DNA of 64,000 bases from Octopus vulgaris (taxonomy: Eukaryota), in contig OX597830.1 in the NCBI GenBank assembly GCA_951406725.2, forward strand, positions 52,018,001 through 52,082,000. Reading direction: 5' to 3'. Positions 27,165 to 41,683 of the stretch are shown here, one piece after another (the first letter of the stretch is position 1; every line of letters starts with the position of its first letter). The notes beneath the pieces were generated by a model. The model saw only the letters and a program-made list of their open reading frames with translations. It made no database searches and was not told the origin of the DNA. The position numbers and the translations under genes are program-made.

Positions 27165-27437
27165 AAGTCTCCTTGTTTGATCAGTTCGAAAGGGGTTTTT
27201 TCAGGGACTGGGGATTTCCTTAATTTCATTTGCTTCATAACTTACATGAGATCTGGAAAAGTAGGCCTCATGTTCATCCACCGAAGAGGAGCATGATTTG
27301 GAACTGTTTTCGAGTTTTGGTTTTGGAAGGTGGCAAAATGTTCCTTCCAGTGTCGGAGTATGTTTTGTGGATCAGTCAGGATGTTCGTATTGGTCGCTGC
27401 TAGGAGGGATCCAGTTGATGTTCGTACTGGTCCATGT
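27165..27437 (-). pseudogene. RTE-clade LINE fragment (linker between endonuclease and RT)
   Basis: GPVRTSTGSLLAATNTNILTDPQNILRHWKEHF..WMNMRPTFPDLM*VMKQMKLRKSPVPEKTPFELIKQG resembles the RTE pattern ILxRWxEHF..PT..KAPGPDGIPxELxKxG. Confidence 0.8.
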
Positions 27438-27507
27438 TATAATGGTAAAATAGAGAGAGATTGCCGGACAAGGTGACCGACGATGGACAGAATAAGGATA
27501 GCAGAAA

Positions 27508-27728
27508 AATAAAGGCGGCGAAGAATAAGAATAAAGGCGGTGAAGAATAAGAATAAAGGTGGCGAGCTGGCAGAAACGTTAGCAGCCCGGGCGAAATTCT
27601 AAGCGGTATTGCATCTGCCTTTACGTTCTGAGTTCAAAGTCCGCCGAGGTCCGCTGGGGTCGATATAATCGACTTAATCAGTTTTGTCTGTGTGTAGCCT
27701 CTTGTAGGCAATAAAGAAATAAGAAATA
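27508..27728 (+). mobile_element. SINE family A, internally deleted, with reiterated 5' end and ~20-bp diverged TSD
   Basis: TSD-like AGAATAAGGATAGCAGAAAA (27489-27508) and AGAATAAGGATGGCTGAAAA (27729-27748). Confidence 0.8.
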
Positions 27729-29506
27729 AGAATAAGGATGGCTGAAAACAAAATGGTGCTGGATGGTCAGATTAGTAAGATAACATGGTCCTTAGTAACG
27801 TGTTTTTACGTTCCTGGTTTAAATTCCACCGACGTCGTCTTTACTAACATCTTTACAATGTCAAATATACCAATACCAGTCAACTACTGAAGTCAATTTA
27901 CTTAACTCCTTATTTATCGTTCCATATGTTTCTCTATCTATCTACCTTTCTATGTTTTCTAACCTACCCATCTATCCACCAAACTCTCTATCTTTCTGTC
28001 TATCTATGTATACATCAATCTGTATATATTTCTCTATCAAAATATTTCACACTCCCCTTTGTTTCACCTCTCTATCTCTCCCTCCCTTAATTCATATTCT
28101 TCACAAACACATGTTCATACAAACATACACAAAACACTCGCCATACACACACACATAGAGGTACACGTATACACACACGAATATTCATAAGATACACCAC
28201 ACGAGCACACACACACATACGTACAATTACAAGTGTTTTATGATAAGGCGATAGATGCGTAATTATTCTCTCCATCTTTTGATATTTTCATTTTCATTCT
28301 TTAACGTGTATCATTATCGTAAATTCTTTCTCAAACCTAAAATACTGTCTTTTGGCCGCTAGCAAAATAGTAATCCAAAACTAAATGGCTTCCACTTATC
28401 CATGTACAACCGTCGACATAATTGTTCTAATAAGTTTAATCAACCGTTGAAGTTGTTTTATGGAGTTGAAGTGAAGTATGATACAGTACGTAGCCTAAAA
28501 ACATATCTAAAATAATACTTCACTGACGGAAAATATTGCTTCGTCTTCTCAGGTATTTTAGTTTGCACACTTTGCATCATGTAGGGACTTAGTCTCATCT
28601 TCCTATAAAACTCGGGGCGGTGTACGTGTTGTTATTGTCATGTTGCATTGGATGATGATATTCATTGTAGTACTCGGAGTCAGAGAGGCAGTAAAAGAGT
28701 ACCAGTGAGTATTATCGATTATACTGGAGAGCAGGGATTTTTTGTTGTCTGATGTTGAAGACATGTTTCCTACTAATTCGGGGGTGCTAATTTCAACCAT
28801 GATATTCATTTTGCTCTGTCTCATCAACATTTTTCACAAACTGAGATGTCCATTTTTCAACATTTCAGGTATTGTTACCATTTCTAAGAATGCATGTGAC
28901 TTCATCAAATGCGAACCCTTGTATGGAGCTTGACATGACTTTGAAAACATAGTTTTTCAATGTCATTTAAAGTAAATACAACTACAAAAGTGAAGACAAA
29001 AGTTATGATTTAAGTATCTTTAGTAAATAAAAAGTATCAAACATGAGAAACTTTCAGTATTTTCAGCCTAACCTGTTTCAAATTTCATGATCATGACAGA
29101 AATATCCATTGTGTCCTTGGTGTTTTCAATATGACCTTAATGTTTTGATTGTGAGGTCACATGGGTCAAGGTCACTTTTCGTTAAGCATAGTCAAAGAAC
29201 TGTAGAAAGCACTTCATGGTATGTATGCTCTTAATGGAACTTTGCCATCACAAATCTGCATTTGGTCATTTTATAATTGTTGACTATTCTGAAAATGTTT
29301 TCCCAGCTGACAACTGGCTTCAATACATTTTGTATATCGAAGATATGGCCAGTTGTGAGAGAAGAGAAAACTGTTCCGATATCTTCTGCTTATTTCAGAC
29401 CATAAAAAAGAGACAAAAGGCCGCTGAGCATACTTCCCGACCTGCCAAAGATTGAGCCAGCTCGCAGCCTTGTTGTTGGGTCATCATAATGATGGTCACT
29501 GTTATT

Positions 29507-29570
<64 letters not shown>

Positions 29571-30000
29571 CCACCCCCACCCCCACCCCCCAAAAAACGA
29601 AGAAAAAGCACAAGAAGAAGAAAACAACAACGCGAGGACGTTGTACATGTAAAGTATTAACAGATGCCCAGGTAAGGATAGAAAGGTAGTCATGCGTTTC
29701 CAGTAAAGCTCTTCAGAAACAGGAGTCAGAAGGAAGTCCAAGAGAAAAGGAAGGCGCAGGGAAAAATCGCCAACGATCCACGTGTAGTTACATTTTGAAA
29801 TGGATATATTGGACCATATAAATTTGGGTTTTTATTCGCACACATAGCAACCCCAGTTGTTGACTGTGAACTATAAAATAACTTTTTTTAGGTTTATCGA
29901 AATTTCATATGGGAGAAATTTACAACCTTCTACGTCAATAAATCACTATTGTTCCTGAAAGTTGTTCTTCATACCTTCTACGGACTGCTCGAAATTAACT

Positions 30001-30401
30001 TATTTCTTTACTGCCCACTAGGGGTTACACACAGAGGTGACAAACAAGGACAGACAAACGGATTAAGTCGATTATATCGACCCCAGTGCGTAACTGGTAT
30101 TTATTTAATCGACACCGAAAGGATGAAGGGCAAAGTCGACCTCGGCGGAATTTGAACACAGAACGTAAAGATAGACGAAATACCTATTTCTTTACTACTC
30201 ACAAGGGGCTAAACATAGAGTGAACAAACAAGGACAGACAAAAGGATTAAATCGATTACATTGACCCCAGTGCACAACAGGTACTTAATTTATCGACACC
30301 GAAGGGATGAAAGGCAAAGTCGACCTCGGCGGAATTTTGAACTCACAACGTAACGACAGACGAAATACTGCTAAGCATTTCGCCTGCCAGCTCGCCGCCT
30401 T
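30001..30401 (-). mobile_element. Dimeric SINE family A insertion with a perfect 17-bp TSD
   Basis: ACTGCTCGAAATTAACT at 29984-30000 and 30402-30418; two body-plus-long-tail units. Confidence 0.92.
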
Positions 30402-30567
30402 ACTGCTCGAAATTAACTAGCTATATATACACAGCCACAGGTGTTGGTATTCATTATGAAAGAATTTCATTAATACATATTGTAGGTATGTTTGTGTACT
30501 ATGTTACTTATATCATTTCATTAATGTACCACGGGTGTAACGAAGTGTGGAAACTATGTTAGTAATA

Positions 30568-31082
30568 TGAAATAATGAATGTCGTTCAATCCATTCTTTG
30601 TTACTCGTTTCTTTATGTAGACACCAAATCCAAACAGCATACTCTTGTCGCCATAAGTATTAGCGGGAAATATGGCGTACATGCAATAATTATATTTTAA
30701 CTTTTATCAAGTATATTGGCGTGCACTCAAAATGATGAATGTTATTGATTACAAATTCTCTGAAACTTTTTAATTTTTACTCGATATAGGACATTGATAG
30801 AAATAACAGCATCGAGCATTTAGACAGATTTTGTTTCGTTTCTCTAAGAGAAAATACCATACCAGAAGGCTGTGAAATCTTCAAAGAATTTTAGTATTTG
30901 GTGAAAAACAAATTTCAATTCTCAACACCTGATACTCATCATTGACGTCATACTATTCATAAGATAGGCAAAAGGTCTGAAATTTTAGGCGAGTAGTCGT
31001 AGTATTGTTAGTTATATCAATCTTACTATTTGAAATAATGAATGTCGTTCAATCCATTCTTTGTTACTCGTTTCTTTATGTA
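30568..31082. other. Complex templated insertion: 52-bp direct duplication enclosing inverted copies of 31300-31325 and 38492-38881
   Basis: 30568-30619 = 31031-31082; 30617-30642 = revcomp 31300-31325; 30639-31032 ~ revcomp 38492-38881. Confidence 0.95.
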
Positions 31083-31104
31083 TACGTATATACATAAAAT
31101 GAGC

Positions 31105-31159
<55 letters not shown>

Positions 31160-31946
31160 TGTGTGCGTGTATGTCTATATATATATATATCTATTTATAT
31201 ATTTATTTATATATACATATATATTTATTTATATACATATATGCATGTTGGTATGCATTGTGTGTGTGTGTGTGTGCGTGCATACATATATAGATACAGG
31301 TATGCTGTTTGGATTTGGTGTCTACCGATTTTCTGAGAGTATAATATATCGATCTATCTCGGGATAACTCCACACCTTACCGTACCCCTCCTACAATAGG
31401 GATTTCATTTCACTGAAATAAGGAGGCAGTAGCAGGGAGGGGATACCCCAACCAAAAAAAAATTGGTTAGTTTCAATATTTGTCTTTTATTTAATACCAG
31501 AAACCGACGCAGGAAGCATCGCGATTGAGACGTGTCAACGTCGTCTTCTCCGCAGTTGTATGAATGCTATCAGTCGAATACATCAACAAAGAGTACGGAA
31601 CAAGGGAAGGACATTAAAATGATTTTAATGTTTTGTGAGGACCAATAACAGGAATAATAGCGAATGAAACCCTAATGGCTTCCATATTGTTATGTAGCGT
31701 TTAGAAAGAGATATCGTGTTGACTAGGAAGGAGAGGACAGGTTGAAGATATTATCTGCCAATCGGAAGCGGAAATGACCTTTTATCAAAGTTATCATCTC
31801 GATGGATATCTGAAGAGTAATTTACTCAAGCCATAACTGATATGTATGTGCACGTGTAGCTGCGTGTGTATGTGTGTGTGTGTGCGTATTGTGTGAGTGT
31901 GTTGTGTGTATTTGTGAGCGTGAAAGTGCTTTTGTACGTATGTGCA

Positions 31947-32092
<146 letters not shown>

Positions 32093-32094
32093 AG

Positions 32095-32168
<74 letters not shown>

Positions 32169-32547
32169 CTTATGTATATCCATATATATATACATATATA
32201 TGTATAATCTACTTGTCCTTCTACTCCATTTCTCTTAACAACACTCACTGACATACAGACACACTCTCTCCACCCCCCTCTCACTTTCTCTCTCTCACAC
32301 AGATATAGTCTCGTCCCATTTTCTGTCTCCCTCCCTCCATTCTCTCTCTTTCACTCACCCTCTCCCTCTATCTATCCGTATAATACATTTCAATAGTTCC
32401 TAGCATACGCGCTCAAACCGGAGCCTCAAAAGTCTTTGTTTCATTAATATATTTGATAACATAATAAAAGTCAAGTGACTTCTTGGATAAGCTAACTACT
32501 CAAGACTTTTGCAAATATTTGCAACACGTTATTTTTGTTGCTGTTGC

Positions 32548-32548
<1 letters not shown>

Positions 32549-32639
<91 letters not shown>

Positions 32640-32640
32640 T
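32549..32640. repeat. Compound (TTA)n(TAG)n microsatellite
   Basis: Direct reading; immediately followed by a SINE-A copy (~32645-32850). Confidence 0.97.
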
Positions 32641-33190
32641 GACGACGAGCTGGCAGAGACGTTAGCACGCCGAGAGAAATCCTTAACAGCACTTCGTCTG
32701 TCTTTATGTTGTGAGTTCAAATTCCACCTAGGTCGACATTGCCTTTCATCCTTTCGGGGTCGATAAATTAAGTACCAGTTGCGTACTGTGACCGATCTAA
32801 TCGACTGGCCCTCTCCCCCAAAATCTTGGGCCTTTTGCCTAGAGTAGAAAAGATTATTATTATTGTAATTCTTGTTGTTGTTTTGTATCGCTCGTTAGTG
32901 AAGTCAACCCTGATCAAAAACATGTATTATCGGAGCCTTTCCTGTCGTGGCCGTTCCACATTTTAGTCTACATGTATCTACACATATCCTGCCCGTTTGA
33001 AAACGTTGAGATGTGATCTCAAATGACATTTCGCTGTTTCTTTTAGCTGAATAACTAACTTCATAGAAGTTAGCTATTCTGGGCACACAAATCTTAAAGG
33101 ACTCTAATGTAATTCACGTACATTTTACCTCTTCCGTTTTCCATCCCTGAGGATGACGAAGCCAACATATAAAGCAACATAACTACAAAC

Positions 33191-33612
33191 TTATTTCTTT
33201 ATTGCACACAGAGGTCTAAACATAGAAGGGACAAACGAGTACAGACAAATAGCTTAAGTTGATAAGATCGACCCCAACACGCAACCGGTACTTAATTTAT
33301 CGACACCGAAAAGATGAAAGGCAAAGTCGACCTCGGCGGAATTTGAACTCAGAACGTAAAGACAGACGAAATACCTATTTCTTTACTACCCACACTTTAC
33401 TACTAAACACAGAGAGGGCAAACAAGGACAGACAAACAGATTAAGTCGATTATATCGACCCCAGTGCGTAACTGGTACTTATTTAATCGAACCCGTAAGG
33501 ATGAAAGGCAAAGTCGACCTCGGCAGAATTTGAACTCAGAACGTAGCGGCAGACGAAATACCGCTAAGCATTTCGCCCGGTGTGCTAATGATTCTGCCAG
33601 CTCACTGCCCTT
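33191..33612 (-). mobile_element. Dimeric SINE family A insertion with a 12-bp TSD
   Basis: AACATAACTACA at 33176-33187 and 33613-33624; internal junction GACGAAATACC|TATTTCTTTAC. Confidence 0.9.
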
Positions 33613-34089
33613 AACATAACTACATATTGTCATGTATTTTGCCCTCTACTGAAACAATTAAGTCCTCTCCAGAAGAAATGCATTCAGCTTTCGAGTGTTT
33701 TATAGAAATTGTTAACCCAAGTTTTGACTGGTATTGTATTCTAGCAACTACGGAAGGCTGAAAAATAAAATTGGCTTCTGTTGGATTTGAACGCAGACAG
33801 AAAAGAGCCATAATTAAATAGTGTTACACATCCTATTCGACGCTCGAACAACCCTGTCCTTCAACCTTCGCAATGCCTTACCGATTTACAGTGAGAATAT
33901 TTTGATTACGTTTATGGAAAACGGGGCCACAAGTTTGCTGTTCATTAAATGAAGCTCTTGACTTACATGCTGTGTTGACCCCGAAGGAGCTGCGTTCAAA
34001 ATCATAAGTCTACAACTATTCTTTACTACAAAAAACTATCCTTTACAGCAATTTACAACATAAAACAACAGGGTATAATTGTTCCGTAG

Positions 34090-34164
<75 letters not shown>

Positions 34165-34529
34165 ATATATTAACAGTGCGTGTGAAGGTGCGCCGCCTAG
34201 TGGTTAGGTTGTAACATCACGATTGCTTGATCGCAGATTCTATTCCCAGATCGCCTACCAGCGCGAAACACTTCACTACACGTTGCTTTAGTGGGTGGGA
34301 GAGTGCCAGAATTGTTGTCCCGTCGACAGAAGTGCCGTACGGTATATCTTCCAGCTCTCTATATTCTGAGCTCAAATCCGCCCTTCCAAGAAAAGGCAAC
34401 AGAAATCCACTCCAGATTTCATCCTATGTCTCGTTGCACATATATAGAGACTGAACTCGGAACCATATAGTTGGGAAACAAATGTGTTACCAGACATTTA
34501 TTTTAACCGTCAGAAATTTACTACTGTAA

Positions 34530-34730
34530 TTGTTGTTTAGCCCTGGGTTAACCCCATTCCAGCAGGCCTATAATCAAAGATATTCCACTCGTAATTATCC
34601 TTGTGTTTTTCTTCAACCGCGGTTTATCTTGAATTATATTCTCTAATATGTATTTCTTGATCTAAGATAGAGTGTGCCTCGGATGAATTTTGGCTACTGT
34701 TTTTAATAGGTCATGTGACTACCTAAATGC
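34530..34730 (+). repeat. Unclassified old interspersed repeat (family E)
   Basis: Motifs GCAG(A/G)CCTATAATCAAAG..TTCCA..CGT(G/A)A.CATCC and GA(G/A)ATTTGGCT(A/G)CT(A/G)TTT..TA(G/A)CAG recur, degenerate, at ~10440-10535, 32900-33060, 34850-34910, 35400-35480 and 47885-47990. Confidence 0.5.
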
Positions 34731-34929
34731 TTTCTAGTTAACTCATGTTGTTGTTGTTATTGTTCTTGCTGTTGTTTTGTTATTGTTGTAGTTCCCGGAT
34801 AACAAAGCTCTAATCAAATGCAATCCATCTGCTCCTTATTTAGAACCACGTAAGACTTGATTAAGCAGACCTATAATGCAAAGTGCTTCAGCCGTGATCA
34901 TCCCATCTTTGTTAATTTTATAAAGCACA

Positions 34930-35390
<461 letters not shown>

Positions 35391-35797
35391 AGTAAAAAAC
35401 TGTCATGACTATAAGTATCCTTAACGTTTTAAGAGGCACTTGTCCCTGCTATTTTTAGCAGATCTAGTGACCACATATAATACCTTTTTCCCTGCCTCTG
35501 GCTCCCAACTACGAGTCCCATTCAACGCTATCTTCTAGAACGTGTATTATTGTTCTCTATTCTTTCCTTCTACTACAGGTTTGTTAACACGTAATTTGCT
35601 GATATCCACTCCCACTTCTCTAATCTGAGTATGTATTAATTTTGTTGTATAGGAACATCTTCCGGAAACTATGAGCTGGTCCTAATAGCGATTCTATTAA
35701 TTACAGTTTACTGTCATTTTGGAAACAATTAACAGTGATTAGTATCAAATTTATTGGGAATAAATAAACGTACACTCATACTTGCATTCAAACATAT

Positions 35798-35887
<90 letters not shown>

Positions 35888-37289
35888 GCATACATAGATA
35901 CACATACGTATGCATGCATGTATGTATGTATGTATGTATGTATGTATGTATGTATGTATGTATGTATGTATGTATGTATGCATGCATGTATGTATGTATG
36001 TATGTATGTATGTATGTATGTATGTGTGTGTGTGTATGTATGTATGTATGTATGTATGTATGTATGTATGTATGTATGTGTGTATGTATGTGATAAATAC
36101 AGAATATAAAATTAAATGACGAGAATAAATAATAAGCAAACGGATATCAAATATAAAAATGGTTGTTTTGTGAAATGAGGAAGACATTTTCTCGTCGCCG
36201 CTTCCATGTTGTAACTACTTTTAGCTTGTGTAATATCTAAATGTTGCCATTAAACTTTCTCCGTATCGTCTGTGTATCTTGTCATCTAAATGTTCTTTGA
36301 GATGTTTCATTCAAACTATGTCTTATGCTGCTACATTTAATATAAAAACATTAATCATAGTTCACTAATTTACTTCTAAAATATCTACAGATTCACTGAA
36401 TCTATAGTTAACTACTGGTATTTCTAATGCACTAATACTATTTTGTTTCTATTATTTACTTATACCCTCCGTATTGAGCTGAATTATCTATAATACTCTG
36501 CTCTTAATGTAATTTTCATTTCTTTAACACCTACACCTAATCATTCATTTTGAAAGAGATATGCAATATTTCTTTCTACAATACTTTCATTGTTATTGTG
36601 CAAGATTTCATGAAAGCATTATATAATGCGAGTATCAACACTGGTTGTTCTTGTGCGTGTTTCTGTATGAGGGAAACAAAACGGAGAGAAATAATAATTT
36701 CAATGATAACAGAAAGTATGTGAAAGGGCGTCAAGCGAACAAGAGAGAGTGAGAAAGAAGCATCGAGCAGACGACAGAAAATTCGTTTCGGACGTCATGC
36801 AAAGAGGAGAGAGGGAAAGAGTAAGGTGCATCTATCGGACGATTAGAAAGGAGCAGTTTCCATTTCTATTTATGTCCTAAATACAACAAAAACCGAAAAC
36901 TCTGTGTAGACATTGTAAAGATAAACTGTGAATAGCTATGGTGTAGCCTTGATATGTCAATTAGTAACGACAACAATATTTTGCTTGTCAAGACATAAGT
37001 TCGACTTCTATGCTTCAAACAGCCTTAACAATAGAAGAAAATCAAATAGAAAATCGAAATATTTAGCACAATGAAGAATTGTGATGAAGATCAATAAATT
37101 TATGTATCACAATATAACCAGAATCATTAATAAAACGGAATTTCCATGAGTTCTGCAAAGTGTTATTATTATTTAAATCTTCGTGTTTTATGTGCTACCA
37201 TGATATTTATATTCTAACTAGCGCACTTATACCAGTCGTTATTTATTCGTTAGCCAGATCCGCGGAGCAGTCTGTGCTCATGAGCTCCA

Positions 37290-37950
37290 CAAGACTCATG
37301 AGACTTGGGCTGTTAACGTTTGGTTTGAAACATTGGCAGACTACTGGAACTACGGACATCAATGACTAGACTTGGAATGAATACTGGTGTGGTTTCTCGT
37401 TGCTTTCTCCAAGCAGAGCAGACAAGTGTAGAGAACGAATTTCCAGTGGGAGATCGTTCTAGGTAAGAAAAGACTGGTCATAGTTGTGAGTGCGGTGCCT
37501 GGTTTTGGGAATGGTTACAATATGGGTGACAAGTGGAGAAGAAATGAGTGACTCGGGAGTGCCTAATTTGAGGAGAAACGACTATAATACGGTAGAAAAA
37601 AACAAAGAGGGGAGACAGTATATTGGTAAACCACAGTAGTGTGGTGAGTGTTTGTGAGTGATTTCAAGCCTATCGGCCGTATGGCCTTTCTTCAGAGGTG
37701 GTCTAGGATGGATTTTTCATTTGTTTAGCAGCAGTGCTCACTCTGATACAGAAACAGTACCCCGTTGCGGTTCTCACCAGTGATTTATAGTGAGGGTAGT
37801 AGTAGTTATGAGGGTGGTGGAGAAAGGAAGTATTTTCAGGCTATGAAGAATATCAGTCTTTGAGATGTAGGTTTTGCTGATCAGTCCGTCAAGAAAGACC
37901 CGCAGTAATTGTGAGTCCTAGCATACTTGAAGGGATCGTGTTGTATGTTT
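37290..37950 (-). pseudogene. CR1-group (CR1/L2/Crack-like) LINE ORF2 3' fragment, decayed
   Basis: Minus-strand motifs in the expected order: MLGLTITAGLS*, YKSLVRTATGYC, ILDHL*RKAIR, LCFF(YR)YY, FLPRTISHW. Confidence 0.75.
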
Positions 37951-39027
37951 GAAGTGGAGTATTAGATGCGATGATGTTCTCTTGGCATGCGTAGTGATTG
38001 TGTTTTGTTACAGTTGAAGAAGACAAATCATCGCAGTAACTAATCAATGAATTCCTATTGACATTTTGTAATCATACATTTACATTGATTCATAGTCCTT
38101 CTATACCAGTTGTCTCTTCGGTCATTCTATATCTTCGTCTTTTTTCTTTCTGTGTTCCAAACTCCAACGAGATCAACTTTGCTTTTAATCCTTCCAGGAT
38201 TAATAAAATAAAGCACCAATCAAGCATTGGAGTTGATATAATCGAACGTCCTTTCTCCCCAAACTTCTGGTCACGGACCTACGTAAGAAATTCATGTAAC
38301 AGTTAAAGATGTTAGTTTTAAGTGGAAGATGAGTTCTAAGAGTGAGTTTCCTTGTAATAGATGAAGGCAGTGGATTGGCAGAATCGTTAGAATGTCATAA
38401 AGAATCATTTGTTTTATTTGGATTCGGTCTTTTACGTTTTTTATTTCAAATATCATCCATCCTTCTGCGTGTGATAAATAAAGCATAAAACCAAATAGTA
38501 AGATTGATATAACTAACAATACTACGACTACTCGCCTAAAATTTCAGACCTTTTGCCTATCTTATGAATAGTATGACGTCAATGATGAGTATCAGGTGTT
38601 GAGAATTGAAATTTGTTTTTTCACCAAATACTAAAATTCTTTGAAGATTTCACAGCCTTCTGGTATTTTCTCTTAGAGAAACGAAACAAAATCTGTCTAA
38701 ATGCTCGATGCTGTTATTTCTATCAATGTCCTATATCGAGTAAAAATTAAAAAGCTTCAGAGAATTTGTAATCAATAACATTCATCATTTTGAGTGCACG
38801 CCAATATACTTGATAAAAGTTAAATTATAATTATTGCATGTACGCCATATTTCCCGCTAATACTTATGGCGACAAGAGTATTTATTCTCACAAAATAATC
38901 AGTCATATGATGGATAACACTCTAGTAAAGATCTCCACCTCACTTCAGTCACAAGAGGAACACTGGGGTCGATGTATTCGACTTCATCCCCTACCCCAAA
39001 ATTGCGAGCCGTGTCCCAGAACTTGAA

Positions 39028-39640
39028 ACCCAAACATTGCTGACCTGTTGGTTTATGTCGAACACCTGCTGTCACGCGTTGGACGGATCCAGCTATCAGC
39101 TGAATCCATTGTGAAGATTGCCTCGCTGCCTTCTTTAGGCCGGGAGGGGAAGGCAATTTTTATCTGTCTAGTGGCTGTAGCGAAAGAGGTAGTACGGTAG
39201 ACCCGTTTGAAAGGACTAAAGACAGACACTGTCCGCTCTGGCCAAGCCCTCATCAACTTTTTTAAGTTTCACTTGAAAAGGAAGTTGAGGGTGAAAAGGG
39301 AAGTGTTGCCTTGTAGTAAGTTTGTTGAAGGGTGGGTGAATGTTAGAAGAATGGCCAGTCTGAAAGGAGCAATTCTGAGCATGCAACTATTAAAAGGGAA
39401 TTAAAGGAGAAGAGCTCTTGCCCTGTTGATCAGGCACCCGTGGCTTTTCAGGGTTTTTTTCCACGAGGCCCTTAAAACGCCTCGGCTATTGAGAGTTTTA
39501 ATTCGTTCAATTTTAATTGTTATTTTTATTGTTTATACGCGTGAAACCCATTATATCGTCCCATTTTTCTCTTTTATGATGTCCCATGTCTTTTAATGTT
39601 ATTTTTAATCCACCCCTTGTAGTTAATAAAACAATAAATT
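39028..39640 (+). mobile_element. 5'-truncated L1/Tx1-clade LINE 3' end (ORF2 C-terminus plus 3' UTR)
   Basis: NIADLLVYVEHLL..FICLVAVAKEVVR*TR..FHLKRKLR..KFVEGW resembles the post-zinc-knuckle AKxxIWxxR..FxxxW region. T-rich UTR, AATAAA, then (TTA)n. Confidence 0.65.
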
Positions 39641-39642
39641 AC

Positions 39643-39714
<72 letters not shown>

Positions 39715-39716
39715 CA

Positions 39717-40272
39717 TTGAGTGAGAGAGCAGTTCATGCCATCAAAGTGACACTGGGGTAAAATATACGAAGCCCAATATACCCATCATGACTACCCGTC
39801 TGATAAAGGTACACCAGGCACATGCATCACAACCATATGTGCGCGACATGGTGATCTCATATCAAGATAAACAGCACATGACCTTGCAGGTGGGGCCCAG
39901 TTAGAATTTTCTTTAGGTTGAGTAGCCCATCCCGCTCAAACGGTCCCTGAATAAGGGTTGTTTAAGGATGTTGAAAGAACCACCCATGTTTCCAGAGGTG
40001 AACTATTCAAACCCCAAAGAATCCCTCTCAACACATGGCTATGATGCTCCCCCACTACTTCTGCTCGTGATCAGAGATGCACATATCGTCAGCCACTAAG
40101 GGACATGCTCAACTGGTTAAGTCAAACAACTGACAAGCAAATCTGTGGTATTGAGCAGAATATTTGCTGTAGCCCATCTTTTATACCAAGACAAAACAAT
40201 GTACATGATAACACTTCCAATCAGTTAAGATCAGAAGCCATGAGAGCCACTGCCTGGAACTGCATCAGGGCA
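39717..40272. mobile_element. ~555-bp non-coding interspersed element embedded between two (TTA)n arrays
   Basis: Second copy at 21626-22068; flanks (TTA)n 39643-39716 and 40277-40381. Confidence 0.88.
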
Positions 40273-40273
40273 A

Positions 40274-40373
<100 letters not shown>

Positions 40374-40586
40374 CATTATTACTGCCCTGATCAGTTTAAT
40401 TATTGATCCTGTGAGAACAACTCTGCTAACACGTGCCGTAACTGCGGTTAAACTACCTACAGGCAATAAATATTCTGATTTAATTAGGTTCCACGTGGAA
40501 ATAGTAAATACTTTGTCACAGAGTTTAACCATTGTTTGTTCAAGAATCAAAAGGAATTTGTTGACATTGTGAAATGACATGTTTGC

Positions 40587-40618
<32 letters not shown>

Positions 40619-41077
40619 TAATATATACATACATACATACATACATACATACATACATACATACATACACATACACTTAAATACACACACATACTTGTGG
40701 GTATGTATGTGTATGTATATTTACATGTGCATATGACATATGTATGTATGCACATATGTAAATATGTGTGTATGTATATTTCTGTGTATTTGTGCGTGTA
40801 TGAATTTGCGTATGCATACGTAACATATATATATATATATATATGTATACATATGTATACATATATATACATATATATATATGTGTGTGTATCCGTTTAT
40901 CTATCTAGTTATCTCTCTCCCTCTATATATATACACATATATATACACACACGCGCGCGCGCAGATACACATATTCATACGTATATATTATATGTGTCCC
41001 TATACATGCCTATCCTTGTCTCTATCATTCCATCATTATATATATTTATGCATACGTGAATATATTCATGCACAAAT

Positions 41078-41108
<31 letters not shown>

Positions 41109-41536
41109 CGTGCACAAACATCACACACATACATACATCACATCTCACATATACGCATACACACATACGCATACGGCAATGTATACACAAGAAAGGCGCG
41201 CACACACACACAGAAGAAACTCACGCATACAAAGAGACGTGCGCGCCCTCAAAGATACACAGAAAGACACCAAAACTCCCTCATGTACGACATAACGGGA
41301 GGATTTATTTACTGGAGTTATTTCTGTCTAAAAGCAAACATTAAGTTTATAATTGTCTCTTTGAACATGTATTCACGTCCATAGAGCTATCAGTGGCTAT
41401 TTACCAATATCTTTACTTCAAACACTAATTAATCGACTGGTGCAAAAACTTTCTACCGATCCACGTTGTTTTTCCGTGATTTTGCGGTTTTAAACGATGT
41501 TTTTACATTTTGTAAGCCGCTGCGGCGTAATTATAC

Positions 41537-41594
<58 letters not shown>

Positions 41595-41618
41595 TACACA
41601 CACACAAACGCACGCACG

Positions 41619-41683
<65 letters not shown>

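Noticed and set aside
29080-29180. GAGGTCACATGGGTCAAGGTCAC as a nuclear-receptor response element
   Set aside because: This motif type is common in decayed molluscan interspersed repeats, and a regulatory role cannot be supported from sequence alone.
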